Assembly (NCBI GenBank): GCA_000004985.1
Contig: GG738866.1
Direction: 5' to 3' (one strand)
Source: Naegleria gruberi
Taxonomy: Eukaryota
DNA: 64,000 nt
The notes under the pieces were generated by a model. That model worked only from the letters and a program-made list of their open reading frames with translations, was not told the DNA's origin and did not search any database. The translations under genes and the position numbers were made by a program. Positions 8,748 through 19,656 of the stretch are shown piece after piece; position 1 is the first letter of the stretch, and each line of letters begins with the position of its first letter.

Positions 8748-9929
8748 ATGGTCGAACAAAAATTTCAATACAATCAACAACAATGCATTCTCAAAGTTAT
8801 GATCTGCACAGGTGAGGACGATCCATTAGGTTTCCTCCTTGCTGAACAATTACTCACTCGTGGTTCGAAACAATTCGAACAAAATCCATTCGCTGAAGCA
8901 TTAGAAAGTAACATTTCACCATTTGCTAGATGTGTTCATGTTGGATTATTGGTTCATCCCACTCATGTAGAATCTGACAATGTCAAGAATCTCATTCAAA
9001 AGTATCAATCTACAAATTTATTAACCTGCATCGTTGGAGATGCTTTGGAGGAGAAACCAACCGAATTGTGTAAGAAACTTGATCATTATCAAGTGATTGT
9101 TTCGGCTGCCTTGAGAAACTCCATTCTCCATCCACATACTCAGTTTAGAACAGAAATGAATTTGATTGAAACTTGCAAATTGTTATCTCAACAACCATAT
9201 GGAATTTTCAAAAGTTTCGTTCCATGTCAATTCATGTTTGATTTTTCCAAGTTACAACAAAGTATGGTACTTGGAATGGGAAGTAACTTTTCAATTGTTT
9301 GGTCTTTCATTCAGGAACGTAAATTAATTGTTGAAGCATTGAGGGCCAAGTCAATTCCATATATGGTATTTAATTGTGGATTGTGCACTGACTATTTAGT
9401 TGAGTTTCTCACATTTTCAGATATTATCGAAGAGAGGAATATCAGAGGTTATGGAGGAGATATGACTGTTCAACTCTATTTAGATGGAGACTTCTCAGAT
9501 TTGACAATTGACTGCACTTCCCTTAAAGACATTGTCCAAATTGCTGCTTGTAAAATTTCACAAATTGGAACTGATGTTCCCTGTGGATTCCAAGAGTATT
9601 CATTCAGGGGAGATCGAATTAACTTGTTGCAAATTGCACAATCCCTAAATTGGAAATTGGTCAAGTTGGGTTCCACCAAGGATTGTGAACAGTATATTCA
9701 CAAACTTGTGTCCATTATTCAACAAGATGAAAATCATGGACACGATCAAGATAAGTACAGACTCGCTGCTCTATTGATGAAATACTTGATCGGAACCAAT
9801 CAAGCTGTAATGTCTGATTCACTCCTAACTCCGAAAGCTAAATTGGTTGAGAAGGGTTTCAACTTTGAAAATGTCATTCATTTCACCACTGAACATTTCC
9901 CAATTTCACAAACCAATCCAATCCACTAA
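8748..9929 (+). CDS. Hypothetical protein, 393 aa.
   Basis: ATG at 8748, single ORF. The N-terminus KVMICTGEDDPLGFLLAEQLL is faintly Rossmann-like, but no confident family call is possible. Confidence 0.55.
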   Translation: MVEQKFQYNQQQCILKVMICTGEDDPLGFLLAEQLLTRGSKQFEQNPFAEALESNISPFARCVHVGLLVHPTHVESDNVKNLIQKYQSTNLLTCIVGDALEEKPTELCKKLDHYQVIVSAALRNSILHPHTQFRTEMNLIETCKLLSQQPYGIFKSFVPCQFMFDFSKLQQSMVLGMGSNFSIVWSFIQERKLIVEALRAKSIPYMVFNCGLCTDYLVEFLTFSDIIEERNIRGYGGDMTVQLYLDGDFSDLTIDCTSLKDIVQIAACKISQIGTDVPCGFQEYSFRGDRINLLQIAQSLNWKLVKLGSTKDCEQYIHKLVSIIQQDENHGHDQDKYRLAALLMKYLIGTNQAVMSDSLLTPKAKLVEKGFNFENVIHFTTEHFPISQTNPIH

Positions 9930-10269
9930 CTCAACCTTAATATTATTATTTTCTTGTTCTATATGTAAATATATTTATATGATAATAAACAACAAAATTC
10001 CGATCAAGGAATGAAAACAAACCACTGAAAGGTCTCACAAGGAGCTGTAAACGGATCGCAATTACGATAGCACGCTAATATCTTCTCTCAGAGAAAGAAA
10101 AATCCTTAATGATTCATAGTGGAGTCTTAATTGATGGAACGTTTAATCATTGACAATAGTAGCAACTTTAATTCAATATATTTATATTTGTAATAATAAG
10201 AATAGCAAAATTAATTGTTCATTTGTAAGATAGTGGAAGCGGAATAAGATATTGAAAAAACGGTTAAAT

Positions 10270-12033
10270 ATGAAGAGTAAATCAATGAATAGTGTATTTA
10301 ATAGTACTGTAGTTGTTACATGTAGTTTTATGTTGGTGATTTTAGTGATGAATTTATTGTTTGCAGATTGTTCATCAAATAATAATAATTTTAATAATGT
10401 TAAGGCAAATACCATCACATCATTCTTAGGAAATTTAACAACTAACAACAATAATAATCATTCTAAATCAAAAGTATCATCCCCAATACATTATTTCGGA
10501 GAATGTATTTCGATAGAATCTAATCTTTCTACCAATCAAGAATTTATCTACCGAGTGAATGGCTCACGATCAAATCTCTATATTTCCATTCCAAGCTATT
10601 CACTACTAAGTGGTTCAATGTGTTTAGAATTGATCCAAACGTACAGACCGTACAATGATGAAATTCTTCCTCTTCCGAAAACCAAACAATTACTTCATCC
10701 TTTAACCTTATTCAAAATGAATTTAACATTTGTAAATATTAGCTCTGAATATGATGAAAATTCAGATATTGTGTATAATAGAACCTTAATTAATTTAGCA
10801 TTGGTTAGTGATATTCCATCTGCCTATCCAATAGATCCTTATTCATTGAGAGTGTTGACAATGATTGATCAGAGGTTTGAATTTCCGGATGGAAGTAAGG
10901 ATGAACCAACAGATCGATATGAATTCTTCATTCCTCAAGCGTTTAAGATGAAGTATACAACTTTGGGAGTTTTTGCTTTCAATGGTGAGTTGGACTCTGA
11001 CTTTGGAAAGTTTGTCCCAATAACCTATCCAATGAAGGTGAGGTTTAAACCAGTGAATGAGATTAAGAGTATGATGGTTGGTTATTCGTATTCTAATTTC
11101 TATCCACCTTCGACCCCTTTCGAAAGTATTCCAAATATGAAAGTGGGAGTAATTCAAGAATTGTTCTCTCCTATTCAATTGAATTTGGTGCCACTGGCAA
11201 GATATTCCTTTCAAACCTCAACATTTTTTCCAAACATGACTTCTGTAGCTCATGTTTTTCAATTTAAAACAAATTCTGACTTTTTCATAACCCAAGAACA
11301 CAAGCTGGTGGAAATTGAAAGAAAATCCCTACACTGTTTATATGTTTACAATCAGAAAGTGATTGCAAAAGAAGGAGTCTATACTAAAACTGGAGGGATA
11401 CCAAGACTTATTTGTAGACCAGTGTTGAAGAATGACATTGCTGGATTTGAATTGTTGGTTTTGGCAAGAATTAAAAATCCTCCTCATCCCTCAGATGATG
11501 TCAAAATTCATACTCTGAGGAATAATGTCCAACACTTGGCCAAGTTGGCAGAGAATTCAAAGGTGACCTTTAAGTATACGCTTTCAAGAAGATCTTCAGT
11601 AAGAATTGACACTGCTCTTGATAAGGTCAATGACCCATTCTATCCTCCTCCAACCTTCTACTTTGGATCTGGATATGCTCCAACAAATGTTGATTTTGAC
11701 GGTGTAATTGTTGGTCAGAGCTTTGATGTTTACTTCAATGACTATGATATTCCTTTGGATTTGTTCATTGTTGCCTACTCACCATCAGAGCACACAATAA
11801 CAATTACGCCAAGAGAACGAGCAATTCCCCCTAGTCCACTTGATTCGCATTCATCTTTCCATACTGAACAGGATGATATTGAGTTGACCATTTTGGTTGT
11901 GTGTGCATCTGTATTGTTGGTTGCTGTTGTTTTGGTTTGTTTGGCAACTATTATTGGAGTTGCCTGCATTATGAAAAAGACAGAAAAAAGTGAAGAATCG
12001 ATATCCTTACTTGGGAAAGGAAATAAAGTTTGA
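10270..12033 (+). CDS. Type I transmembrane glycoprotein, about 588 aa: signal peptide, large N-glycosylation-rich ectodomain, one C-terminal TM helix, short cytoplasmic tail.
   Basis: The first ATG is at 10270; the track start at 10252 is TTG. N-terminal hydrophobic segment VVVTCSFMLVILVMNLLFA. Many NxS/T sequons. C-terminal TM segment LTILVVCASVLLVAVVLVCLATIIGVACI followed by MKKTEKSEE. Confidence 0.6.
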   Translation: MKSKSMNSVFNSTVVVTCSFMLVILVMNLLFADCSSNNNNFNNVKANTITSFLGNLTTNNNNNHSKSKVSSPIHYFGECISIESNLSTNQEFIYRVNGSRSNLYISIPSYSLLSGSMCLELIQTYRPYNDEILPLPKTKQLLHPLTLFKMNLTFVNISSEYDENSDIVYNRTLINLALVSDIPSAYPIDPYSLRVLTMIDQRFEFPDGSKDEPTDRYEFFIPQAFKMKYTTLGVFAFNGELDSDFGKFVPITYPMKVRFKPVNEIKSMMVGYSYSNFYPPSTPFESIPNMKVGVIQELFSPIQLNLVPLARYSFQTSTFFPNMTSVAHVFQFKTNSDFFITQEHKLVEIERKSLHCLYVYNQKVIAKEGVYTKTGGIPRLICRPVLKNDIAGFELLVLARIKNPPHPSDDVKIHTLRNNVQHLAKLAENSKVTFKYTLSRRSSVRIDTALDKVNDPFYPPPTFYFGSGYAPTNVDFDGVIVGQSFDVYFNDYDIPLDLFIVAYSPSEHTITITPRERAIPPSPLDSHSSFHTEQDDIELTILVVCASVLLVAVVLVCLATIIGVACIMKKTEKSEESISLLGKGNKV

Positions 12034-12067
12034 GATAATATAAAGAGAATTACATAAAATTCAAAAT

Positions 12068-15000
12068 TTATTTGCTCACATAAGAAATTATATCAGCATA
12101 AGACATGGTAACAGGCAAAGTCTTGTCTTCCGTCAATTTCTTCAAGAATGTTCTGTGGAAATCATTGAAAAGTACCTTCTTGAATTTTTCATTGTTTGAA
12201 GTTTCATTAATAGCATTGGCAATTCTGACTGGCATTTCTGACTTGAGTTGAACTCTGAAAAGTTCGCACAAATCAAAAACTTTGGTAAGGAGAGCATCAT
12301 CAGAGTATGGCACTTCGCTTGGTTCTTCTTGTAAAGAGAATTTGTTAAAGTTCAAATCATGAATCAAGTCAAAGAACTTTTCTCTATCACCATCCCATTG
12401 CTTCTTACCTAACCAAATGTAGATAGCAACACCATCACAGAGCAAGTAAACACCATCGTCTGGATTAATGAGCTTTCTGGAGAGAGGTTCTAATTTGAGA
12501 ACCTTTGGCTTATCATTTTCTTGTTCGGCCGATTCTTCAGCAAGTAATTGTGAAACATTAATCATGAGTGGGTGAACCATCAATGTAGATTGTTGAATAG
12601 AACATGATGAGAAGAATAAAGAAGCAGCACTTCTACCATCAGCTCTAACTTCCTTACCACCAATAAGCATGGCAGACTTTGAAAGTCCACAAATGAAAAG
12701 AGGTAAGTATTGAAGAGCTGTAGGCATGACAATTCCCATACTTCCAACATTGGCAACAGTCTTATATCCAGCAACAGCTCCCTTAAGCCACTTATCAATG
12801 AGAATGTTCTTGGAATTGGTAATACCTTCCTTTGGTAAATCTGCAGCCAAAATCTTACCCATCAAATTAGTTAAACAAGTAGTTTGAGTACTATTATAGA
12901 GAACAGACAATGAAGTAGTAATTGGAAGAAGAAGGTTACAAACACGAATCTTTCTTTGACCTTGATCAGAAGTGTACAATACAGCAACTTGAACGCTGAC
13001 ATTAGGAGTAGAAAGCATTGCACCAGTGTGAACCATTTGGAAACCAAAAGTTTGAGTACCAGAAATGTTTGGTAAAGCCATCAAGTCGTGACCTCTAATG
13101 AAGAAGTTACCAAAGAAGTTAACAATCTTCATACCACTGCTCACTCTAATTCTCATAACACTTTCAAATCCTGTAATTTCTTCAATGATATTTTGTTTCA
13201 AATCAGAAGCCAATTGATGAGATAATTGATCTGGATATTCGTACAATTTACACCAACCACCAGTAAATTTAGAAAGATTGGAAATGGTGGAAATGTCCAA
13301 GAAGGAGTTACGTGATTCTGGAATTGAATAACAATACAAGTCAATACAAATTTGATCCTTATTGAAGAGGAGAGCAAAATCTCTATAGCTTTGATCAGCT
13401 GGTTGGAGTAATTTGGCTTCAGCCTTTTCATTACCGTAATCGTTCAAATTTTCACGATTGGTGAGTTTGTTTGGTCCAATAGTTGGCAATTGAGAAAGGA
13501 AGATGGAAACCTTTCCTCCAAATCTACCGATCAATCTACCAGCAGCATTCAAAGCAGATCCCAAACAACATTCAGCATTGGTTGATCCCTTAAACATCAA
13601 TTCCAATTTGTCCAATAAAATTTCAACTAAATGATAGCTTTCTTCCAAGTTGACGAGCAAATCGTTAGGAAGTGGTAAGAGAGATTCATTCAATTCACCA
13701 ACAACTAATTGCTGAGGATTTGAGAGTGTTGGTCTCAAATTGAAAAAGTGAATCTTGGTATCAAAACAGAGAATTCCAACCATGGTTCTTGGTGATTTTT
13801 CTTTCAATTCCTTCAAACAATTCTTGATAGCCTTAACAGCACTTTGGAAAAGTCCTCCATTAATACTATGGAAACTGGTATCAATCAAGAATAAGTATGC
13901 TGGTGGTTGAGGTGGACGAGACATGTATTCTTGTGGTGCCAAATATTCATAAACACCATTGACAAGTTCAGGTCTCTCGAAAAAGTCTTGTCTAACACCA
14001 TTATTATCAGTTGGGCTATAGTATCTCTTTGGAACTTCATTGATATTCTTACAAACGTTACATTGCCACTTGTTTCCGTATTCGATAAATTGAACAAATG
14101 GATTGATATAAGTTCTACAATTGTTACAACGAACAATAAAGTTTCCTCCAATGGTTGGTACTTCCTTTTGATAGAATGGATTTAAAACACAACCAAATGG
14201 TAAGCCATATCTGTTCAAAAGTTCTAAACTTTGTGGAACAGCATTACAACTCATTTTCATTGTGTTTTCATCACTTTGCAGGAATTTAAAAACTTCACTT
14301 GCTGGTCTATTTTCAGTGGATCCATATTTTTCTCTGAAAAGATTATAATGTGCTTGATAGAGAGGAGCAACATCAGGTTGTCCAGAAACATGAGAGGTAA
14401 GTAACTCGGCAGCATCCTTTGGTTGAGGCATATTATTTGGAGGTACAATTTGAACAAAAGGTTGTTGGTTTTGTTGTTGATTTAAAGTTAGTGTTCCCAT
14501 GTGAGAAATAACATCTTGAACCATGAAATTATGTCCTTGTTCAAAGGCTGATTCAGATTGAACACTTGATCCTTGAAGAGCAGATCCTGAAATTCCAACA
14601 CTTGGAGGTGGAGGTTGAACAACACCTGTAGTTGGTGGTTGGTGATGAGATTGTCCTACTGCACCATGTACATTCTCTCCAAATTTAAGTTCTGTTGGTG
14701 GTGGACCAACTGGCTTTGATAAAGCAGAAGTAGTAGGATTGAAAAAGCTGTTTCCGGTTGGAGGAGGTGGAAGGCTTGATCCAAATGTATTTGTTGTTGT
14801 TGGAATGGTAGAACTCGGATCATAAAAACCACTACTTGTTCCTGTCGATGGTTGATAAGAAGATGAAGAAGAAACAGGATTATAAAAACCGTAGCCTGTT
14901 GTTGGAGTGGATGGAGAGGAAAATCCTCCAACACTAGAACCTCCCATCATCATACCACCTGAAGTAGTAGGTGTAGTTGTTGTTGTTGTATTGGTACCAT

Positions 15001-15082
15001 AATTTCCGTATGGATTTGAAGTAGTTGTCTGAGATGGTTGATTCGTAGAGGTAGCTTGGAGAGGATTATAAAAGTTGTTCAT
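12068..15082 (-). CDS. SEC24: COPII coat subunit Sec24, 1004 aa, with a Pro/Gly/Thr-rich N-terminal extension.
   Basis: Sec23/24 zinc finger CNNCRTYINPFVQF...WQCNVC, followed by trunk (vWA-like), beta-barrel, helical and gelsolin-like regions of the expected length. The N-terminal low-complexity PTTSGG / PPPP region is typical of Sec24 rather than Sec23. Convergent with the upstream gene, with only 34 bp between the two stop codons. Confidence 0.9.
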   Translation of the reverse strand: MNNFYNPLQATSTNQPSQTTTSNPYGNYGTNTTTTTTPTTSGGMMMGGSSVGGFSSPSTPTTGYGFYNPVSSSSSYQPSTGTSSGFYDPSSTIPTTTNTFGSSLPPPPTGNSFFNPTTSALSKPVGPPPTELKFGENVHGAVGQSHHQPPTTGVVQPPPPSVGISGSALQGSSVQSESAFEQGHNFMVQDVISHMGTLTLNQQQNQQPFVQIVPPNNMPQPKDAAELLTSHVSGQPDVAPLYQAHYNLFREKYGSTENRPASEVFKFLQSDENTMKMSCNAVPQSLELLNRYGLPFGCVLNPFYQKEVPTIGGNFIVRCNNCRTYINPFVQFIEYGNKWQCNVCKNINEVPKRYYSPTDNNGVRQDFFERPELVNGVYEYLAPQEYMSRPPQPPAYLFLIDTSFHSINGGLFQSAVKAIKNCLKELKEKSPRTMVGILCFDTKIHFFNLRPTLSNPQQLVVGELNESLLPLPNDLLVNLEESYHLVEILLDKLELMFKGSTNAECCLGSALNAAGRLIGRFGGKVSIFLSQLPTIGPNKLTNRENLNDYGNEKAEAKLLQPADQSYRDFALLFNKDQICIDLYCYSIPESRNSFLDISTISNLSKFTGGWCKLYEYPDQLSHQLASDLKQNIIEEITGFESVMRIRVSSGMKIVNFFGNFFIRGHDLMALPNISGTQTFGFQMVHTGAMLSTPNVSVQVAVLYTSDQGQRKIRVCNLLLPITTSLSVLYNSTQTTCLTNLMGKILAADLPKEGITNSKNILIDKWLKGAVAGYKTVANVGSMGIVMPTALQYLPLFICGLSKSAMLIGGKEVRADGRSAASLFFSSCSIQQSTLMVHPLMINVSQLLAEESAEQENDKPKVLKLEPLSRKLINPDDGVYLLCDGVAIYIWLGKKQWDGDREKFFDLIHDLNFNKFSLQEEPSEVPYSDDALLTKVFDLCELFRVQLKSEMPVRIANAINETSNNEKFKKVLFNDFHRTFLKKLTEDKTLPVTMSYADIISYVSK

Positions 15083-15402
15083 TTTTTCGATCCTGATTCT
15101 TTATTAAAATTTTTCAATTTTTTATGTTTGAGTTGCTGTTGGTTGTGCTGCGTCATCATTGCGTCACTTGTTGTGTAGGCTTGTTGGATTTTTCTCCAAC
15201 TCTGGAAGACGAGGGATCATCGTAACACGTAGCTTCATCACTGGATGAAGATTTGATATTGATAAAGGATACATATTGTGATGAGGAAGAAGGACAGTCT
15301 AACAATTTATCAAGTAAGCTAACGAGTAGTAATTGATCTCAAAATACAAAAATTACCAAGTACCTATGGTAATTGGAAACTTTTTCATGAACAAGCAAAA
15401 AA

Positions 15403-16680
15403 ATGTCCGAAGGAAGAAGTAGAATACACGAGCATGATGAAGAATTAACTGATGAAGAGACAAGAGATGTAGAATTAGGAGGTAATTCTGCTAACGATAA
15501 TCATCATCATCATAATAGATTACATTATTATGAACGTGATGAAGTGAGTAGAGTGAATCATGAGAGAGGAAAACAATTTAAAACTCTTGCTGGACGTCTT
15601 GCTTGGGTTGTTATTTGTTTTACTATTTTCGTATTGCTTTTATTGATTATATTATATTCGATTCGATCTGCTTATTTATTTTCCTATGATGAATCCTATA
15701 CGAGTAGTATTGAAAAGACTCCATCATTGAATGTTCAAGTTTATACAACAGGAAGAAGAGATCGAGTTTTATTTAATTATTTGACAAAAGTTGATGATTC
15801 GAGGAAGAAACCAACGAAGGGAAATATGTATCTGGAAATGGATGATAATGGAAATACCAAACCAACACTCTTGTTTGTTAATCCATTCCCAGAGAGTTGT
15901 GAAGGAGCTTTTTTACCAGCCATTACTGAATTGAAAGCTGATTTTACCATTCATTGTATTAATTTGAGAGGATTCGGAACAACTGAATCTACCAATGCAA
16001 ATGATGACAATTATTTAACACTTGCAGCTATGGCTAATGAATTGGCAGTTATTGTTGAAACTAAGAAACCACAAGATGAATTAATATTGATTGGACAAGA
16101 ATTTTCAGGAACAATTATTTATCTTCTTCTTCATCAAAAAGGTAAAACTTGGGTTGATAATTATTTGAAAGCTGTCATTTTGCTTAACAGTCCTCATCCA
16201 AAGATTTATTCTAGTCTATTGATTGCCAACGAAAGACAAAAGTTCTTCACCCAAAAGGTAATGACTGCCAAGACTGTAGGTGATTGGACTTCACTCTACT
16301 ATTCAAACAGTTCAACAGAACAAATCAAAAAGGTTGAAACTGAATGGGGCTCAAACAATCATTTTGAAATTATTAGAAAGTACATTTCTGTTAATTTTTT
16401 GGGTAGTGTTGATAGAGGAGTAACCTATGCCTTCCCAACAGACATTTCTACAGATTATGATTTTACTGATTTATTGGTCATATTCTCCAATAACCATCCA
16501 CTTATGGTCTATCCAGAAAATGTCATTGGGTTGGAAGATGTCAAAACAAAGGAAGTTAAGGGAGGTGTTTGGTTTGCCAGAGATCATCCACAAGAGTTTT
16601 CTGAAATTGTCAGAAATTTCGTCTTTTCTCTCATTCATGATAAATCTGATGACAAAGTGTCCAACTCTCCAACCCTCTGA
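15403..16680 (+). CDS. Membrane-anchored alpha/beta-hydrolase-fold protein, epoxide-hydrolase/MEST-like, with an atypical nucleophile motif.
   Basis: N-terminal TM segment LAWVVICFTIFVLLLLIILYSI. The oxyanion-hole-type motif NPFPES aligns to HGFPES of epoxide hydrolases. The nucleophile elbow reads GQEFSG where epoxide hydrolases have GHDWGG, so Glu sits in the Asp position. Confidence 0.6.
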   Translation: MSEGRSRIHEHDEELTDEETRDVELGGNSANDNHHHHNRLHYYERDEVSRVNHERGKQFKTLAGRLAWVVICFTIFVLLLLIILYSIRSAYLFSYDESYTSSIEKTPSLNVQVYTTGRRDRVLFNYLTKVDDSRKKPTKGNMYLEMDDNGNTKPTLLFVNPFPESCEGAFLPAITELKADFTIHCINLRGFGTTESTNANDDNYLTLAAMANELAVIVETKKPQDELILIGQEFSGTIIYLLLHQKGKTWVDNYLKAVILLNSPHPKIYSSLLIANERQKFFTQKVMTAKTVGDWTSLYYSNSSTEQIKKVETEWGSNNHFEIIRKYISVNFLGSVDRGVTYAFPTDISTDYDFTDLLVIFSNNHPLMVYPENVIGLEDVKTKEVKGGVWFARDHPQEFSEIVRNFVFSLIHDKSDDKVSNSPTL

Positions 16681-16799
16681 GACTGTTAAAATTCACACAC
16701 AACCACAATCAACAAATCCTTATTTATTTAATTCCTTTCCACAAAAACTTGATTTTCCACCTACAGGTTGAAAGGATTTTACAATCACACACAAAAAAA

Positions 16800-18350
16800 A
16801 TGTCTCCTCACACGAATGTGTTACATAATCAGCAACAAGAAGAACACCAGGTGGATAGCGATTCGGAAGGAGACGCAATTATGAGTGAGTCGTCAAAAGA
16901 TAATCAACATCAGCTTGAAAAGAATAATTTAATAAATGATCATAGCCTTGATGATGTAACAAATAGTATTAACAATAATTTAATAATTATTCCTGATGAT
17001 AGTAATAATAACAATAATTTAATTTCGGAAGGAAATAATACATCAACTAATAATAATACTAATAACAATGAAATTGAAATGTATGATGATTGGTACAAGG
17101 AGGAACATATTCAATTCCTTCAAGCCTTTAAAAGATATGGAACTGATTGGGAGAAGGTTATGCAATGTCTTCCATCGAGAAATGATTTGGAACAAGTGAA
17201 ATCACATGGTATTAGATATTTGCAGAATGGTAAATTGGGACCTGCCTATTATGAGTATGTGGAAAGGCAAGAACAAATTCGAGAAAGTGCAATGAATGAT
17301 TCAATATCAGATGAGGAAGAATCAGATGAGGAGGATGCTATTGTGAGACATAGTCCATACTTGACTACTCCAGAAAGTTTGGCAAGTGCATTCTTGACCA
17401 ATAGGGAGAGTGTTAGAGAGTGGAATTTGGAAACGAGACGATTTGAAACTAATGTGGAAAAGGTCAAGAATAAGGAACCTGTTGATTGTTCTGCTGCCTC
17501 ATCAAGTAGTCTTCATACTGATAAGCTTTCTCTCATTCAATCAAATTATGGAGAATTATTGGACACATTGGATGTTGAAAAGCAAACTCAAATGATGGAT
17601 GAGGAGGTTAAATTAATGAGACAGGATTATAGAATGAAGAAATTAACGCCATTCGAAAGAATTGTAGTGCAAGAATCTAGGGAGAAAATTGAACAATTAA
17701 TTGGAAAGCAAGTTCAAGATGAACCACCAATTATTGAACCAATTTCAATAATTGAATCCAATCCTCAATCATTGAATGATGAGGATACACAAACAAATGG
17801 AGCATTACCATCTGCATCTAATAATTCAACACCATCCACCACTACTGCCAATAATAATCCAACAATAGTAACACCACCAATCAATCCAGAACTACTTACC
17901 AATCAACCAAACTTTAGAAATATTTACACATTTTTGGGAGCTCTATTTGAACCAACCAGATATGATACAGAAGAGCTAGGTGCCATGTTATCACCACAGG
18001 AGAAGGAAATTCTTCAAATTCTGCTTCATAATCTTTCAATTACACTTTCCACCCAACAATTCCAAGAGGAATACTCTACCTATGTACAACAAATATCCTC
18101 TAGCCAAACATTAAGGCAGCAGCAACAACAACAAGCCTCTTCAAATTTGGCTGTCAATCCAGCGAACAATGCTTCCTCATCTACAAGTAATGACACCACT
18201 ACAACAAATAATGAAACCACTGCAGTAAATGCTTCAACAAGCATTGTAAATCCATTTGCAGGTCAATCCCAAATGTCAATGTTACAATTACTTTCTAGTG
18301 AAGATCCACAACAACACCCACCACCTTTTAATAATATTAATTTCTTTTAA
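16800..18350 (+). CDS. SANT/Myb-like DNA-binding domain protein with long Asn- and Gln-rich low-complexity regions.
   Basis: ATG is at 16800; the track start at 16749 is TTG. DWYKEEHIQFLQAFKRYGTDWEKVMQCLPSRNDLEQVKSHGIRYL fits the SANT/Myb pattern W..EE...F..A...YG..W..V. The protein has poly-N runs and the tract QQQQQQASS. Confidence 0.6.
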   Translation: MSPHTNVLHNQQQEEHQVDSDSEGDAIMSESSKDNQHQLEKNNLINDHSLDDVTNSINNNLIIIPDDSNNNNNLISEGNNTSTNNNTNNNEIEMYDDWYKEEHIQFLQAFKRYGTDWEKVMQCLPSRNDLEQVKSHGIRYLQNGKLGPAYYEYVERQEQIRESAMNDSISDEEESDEEDAIVRHSPYLTTPESLASAFLTNRESVREWNLETRRFETNVEKVKNKEPVDCSAASSSSLHTDKLSLIQSNYGELLDTLDVEKQTQMMDEEVKLMRQDYRMKKLTPFERIVVQESREKIEQLIGKQVQDEPPIIEPISIIESNPQSLNDEDTQTNGALPSASNNSTPSTTTANNNPTIVTPPINPELLTNQPNFRNIYTFLGALFEPTRYDTEELGAMLSPQEKEILQILLHNLSITLSTQQFQEEYSTYVQQISSSQTLRQQQQQQASSNLAVNPANNASSSTSNDTTTTNNETTAVNASTSIVNPFAGQSQMSMLQLLSSEDPQQHPPPFNNINFF

Positions 18351-18453
18351 TTAGCTCATAGTCAACCAACCTAGGAAAAACATAACATTCAATAATAGCA
18401 ATAAATTAAGATAGTTTATATTTACAAAACTGTTCATCTATTCAATTCTGAAT

Positions 18454-19225
18454 TTAATTGAATGGTTGAGGTGGATAACCATAAGGATTGAATGGTTGTG
18501 GTTGCATACCGTATGGTTGAGGTGGCATACCATATGGTTGAGGAGGAGGAACTCCCATACCCATATTCATATTCATTCCCATGCCCATATTCATTCCCAT
18601 TCCCATTCCCATACCTCCAAAACGATGTCTGTAAGATGGAATTGGTTGAATGTATGAAGCACCTCCAGCCATAATGAACAAGTAAGCTGCAAATGAATTA
18701 GTCACAAATTATTGAATAATTTCAAAACATACCATTAACAAATTCATCAATGGTCATGACTCCATTACCATCACGATCCTATTTCAAATTTCTAATAAAA
18801 TTGCAAAATAAAACTAAAACTTACCATCATTCTGAAAAGGAATTTAGCTTGATGTGGAGGAATACCACTATTTTAAATCAATCATATTAATATTACTATT
18901 TAAAAAATCATTATAAAACATACAAATGAGTAGCAGCAGCAAATTTGAATTCCTTCTTTGAAAGAGTTCCACTACGATTGAGATCGTATTGCCAGAAAAT
19001 TTGTTGAGCTGCTTGCATGTAATTCATACGATTGACCATGACATGAGGAGGCTAATTAGGGAGAAATTTGGGAATTTTTCATCATTATGAGAAAAATGTA
19101 AAAAAACAACTTACAACAACGAAACCTTGTGGCAACCAAGTTGGTTGACCCATTCCTTGCCAATAAGTGGTAACAGTAGTTGTGGTAGTAGAACCTGGTT
19201 GTTGATATGATCCGTAGCCGTACAT
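18454..19225 (-). CDS. Small EF-hand calcium-binding protein, two canonical EF-hand loops, with Tyr/Gly/Gln-rich N-terminus and Gly/Met/Pro-rich C-terminal tail. Five exons: join(19115..19225, 18924..19051, 18825..18867, 18733..18778, 18454..18686), 186 aa.
   Basis: Exon 1 is MYGYGSYQQPG...LPQGFVV with a GTAAGT donor. Exon 2 ...QQIFWQYDLNRSGTLSKKEFKFAAATH holds EF loop D-x-N-x-S-G-x-L-x-x-x-E. Exon 3 is GIPPHQAKFLFRMM. Exon 4 DRDGNGVMTIDEFVN is a canonical loop DxDxNGxxxxxE. Exon 5 is AYLFIMAGG...GMGMGMNMGMG...PPQPYGMPPQPYG. Introns are 63, 56, 46 and 46 bp, all GT..AG with phases consistent. Confidence 0.6.
18541..18625. repeat. Imperfect short tandem repeat (cccat / tcccat units) inside the coding exon, encoding (GM)n.
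   Basis: Visible periodicity cccatacccatattcatattcattcccatgcccatattcattcccattcccattcccat. It translates on the minus strand to MGMGMNMGMGMNMNMGMG. Confidence 0.6.
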
Positions 19226-19656
19226 TTTTTCTATAAATTTTCATCATCACCCACCGATAAATCATTCATCATCATCATGATGAAAATATTTTCATTCGAA
19301 TAATTATTATTATGTAAATAGATATTGGATCACACAATTGTTTTTCAAGACGTGTGTATTTTGGTCAATCATTTAATAAATATATTGATCAAATAATTTG
19401 TTGAGAGTAGGAAGAGAGAAAATCAACGGTTAGTGGTAGTGTGGGAATATGACAAGATCAAAAATTTATCCGAACATTAGAATTGTTACATACAGTTGTT
19501 GTGAATTTTTTTGCTTGTTTTGGGGCGATTTCCAGGTCATGATTTATTATTAGAGTGCCAAATTAGAATCACCCTGTAACAAGTTAATTTGGAACAAACT
19601 TTACAATACAAGTACATGTAAATTTCGACTGTTTTTATCAATTAAAGATACATTTA

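Noticed and set aside
18541-18625. Periodic cccat-type repeat as a CRISPR-like or minisatellite locus.
   Set aside because: It lies inside the last exon of the EF-hand gene and simply encodes the (GM)n / (GMN)n low-complexity tail. The units are 5-9 bp, not repeat-spacer architecture.
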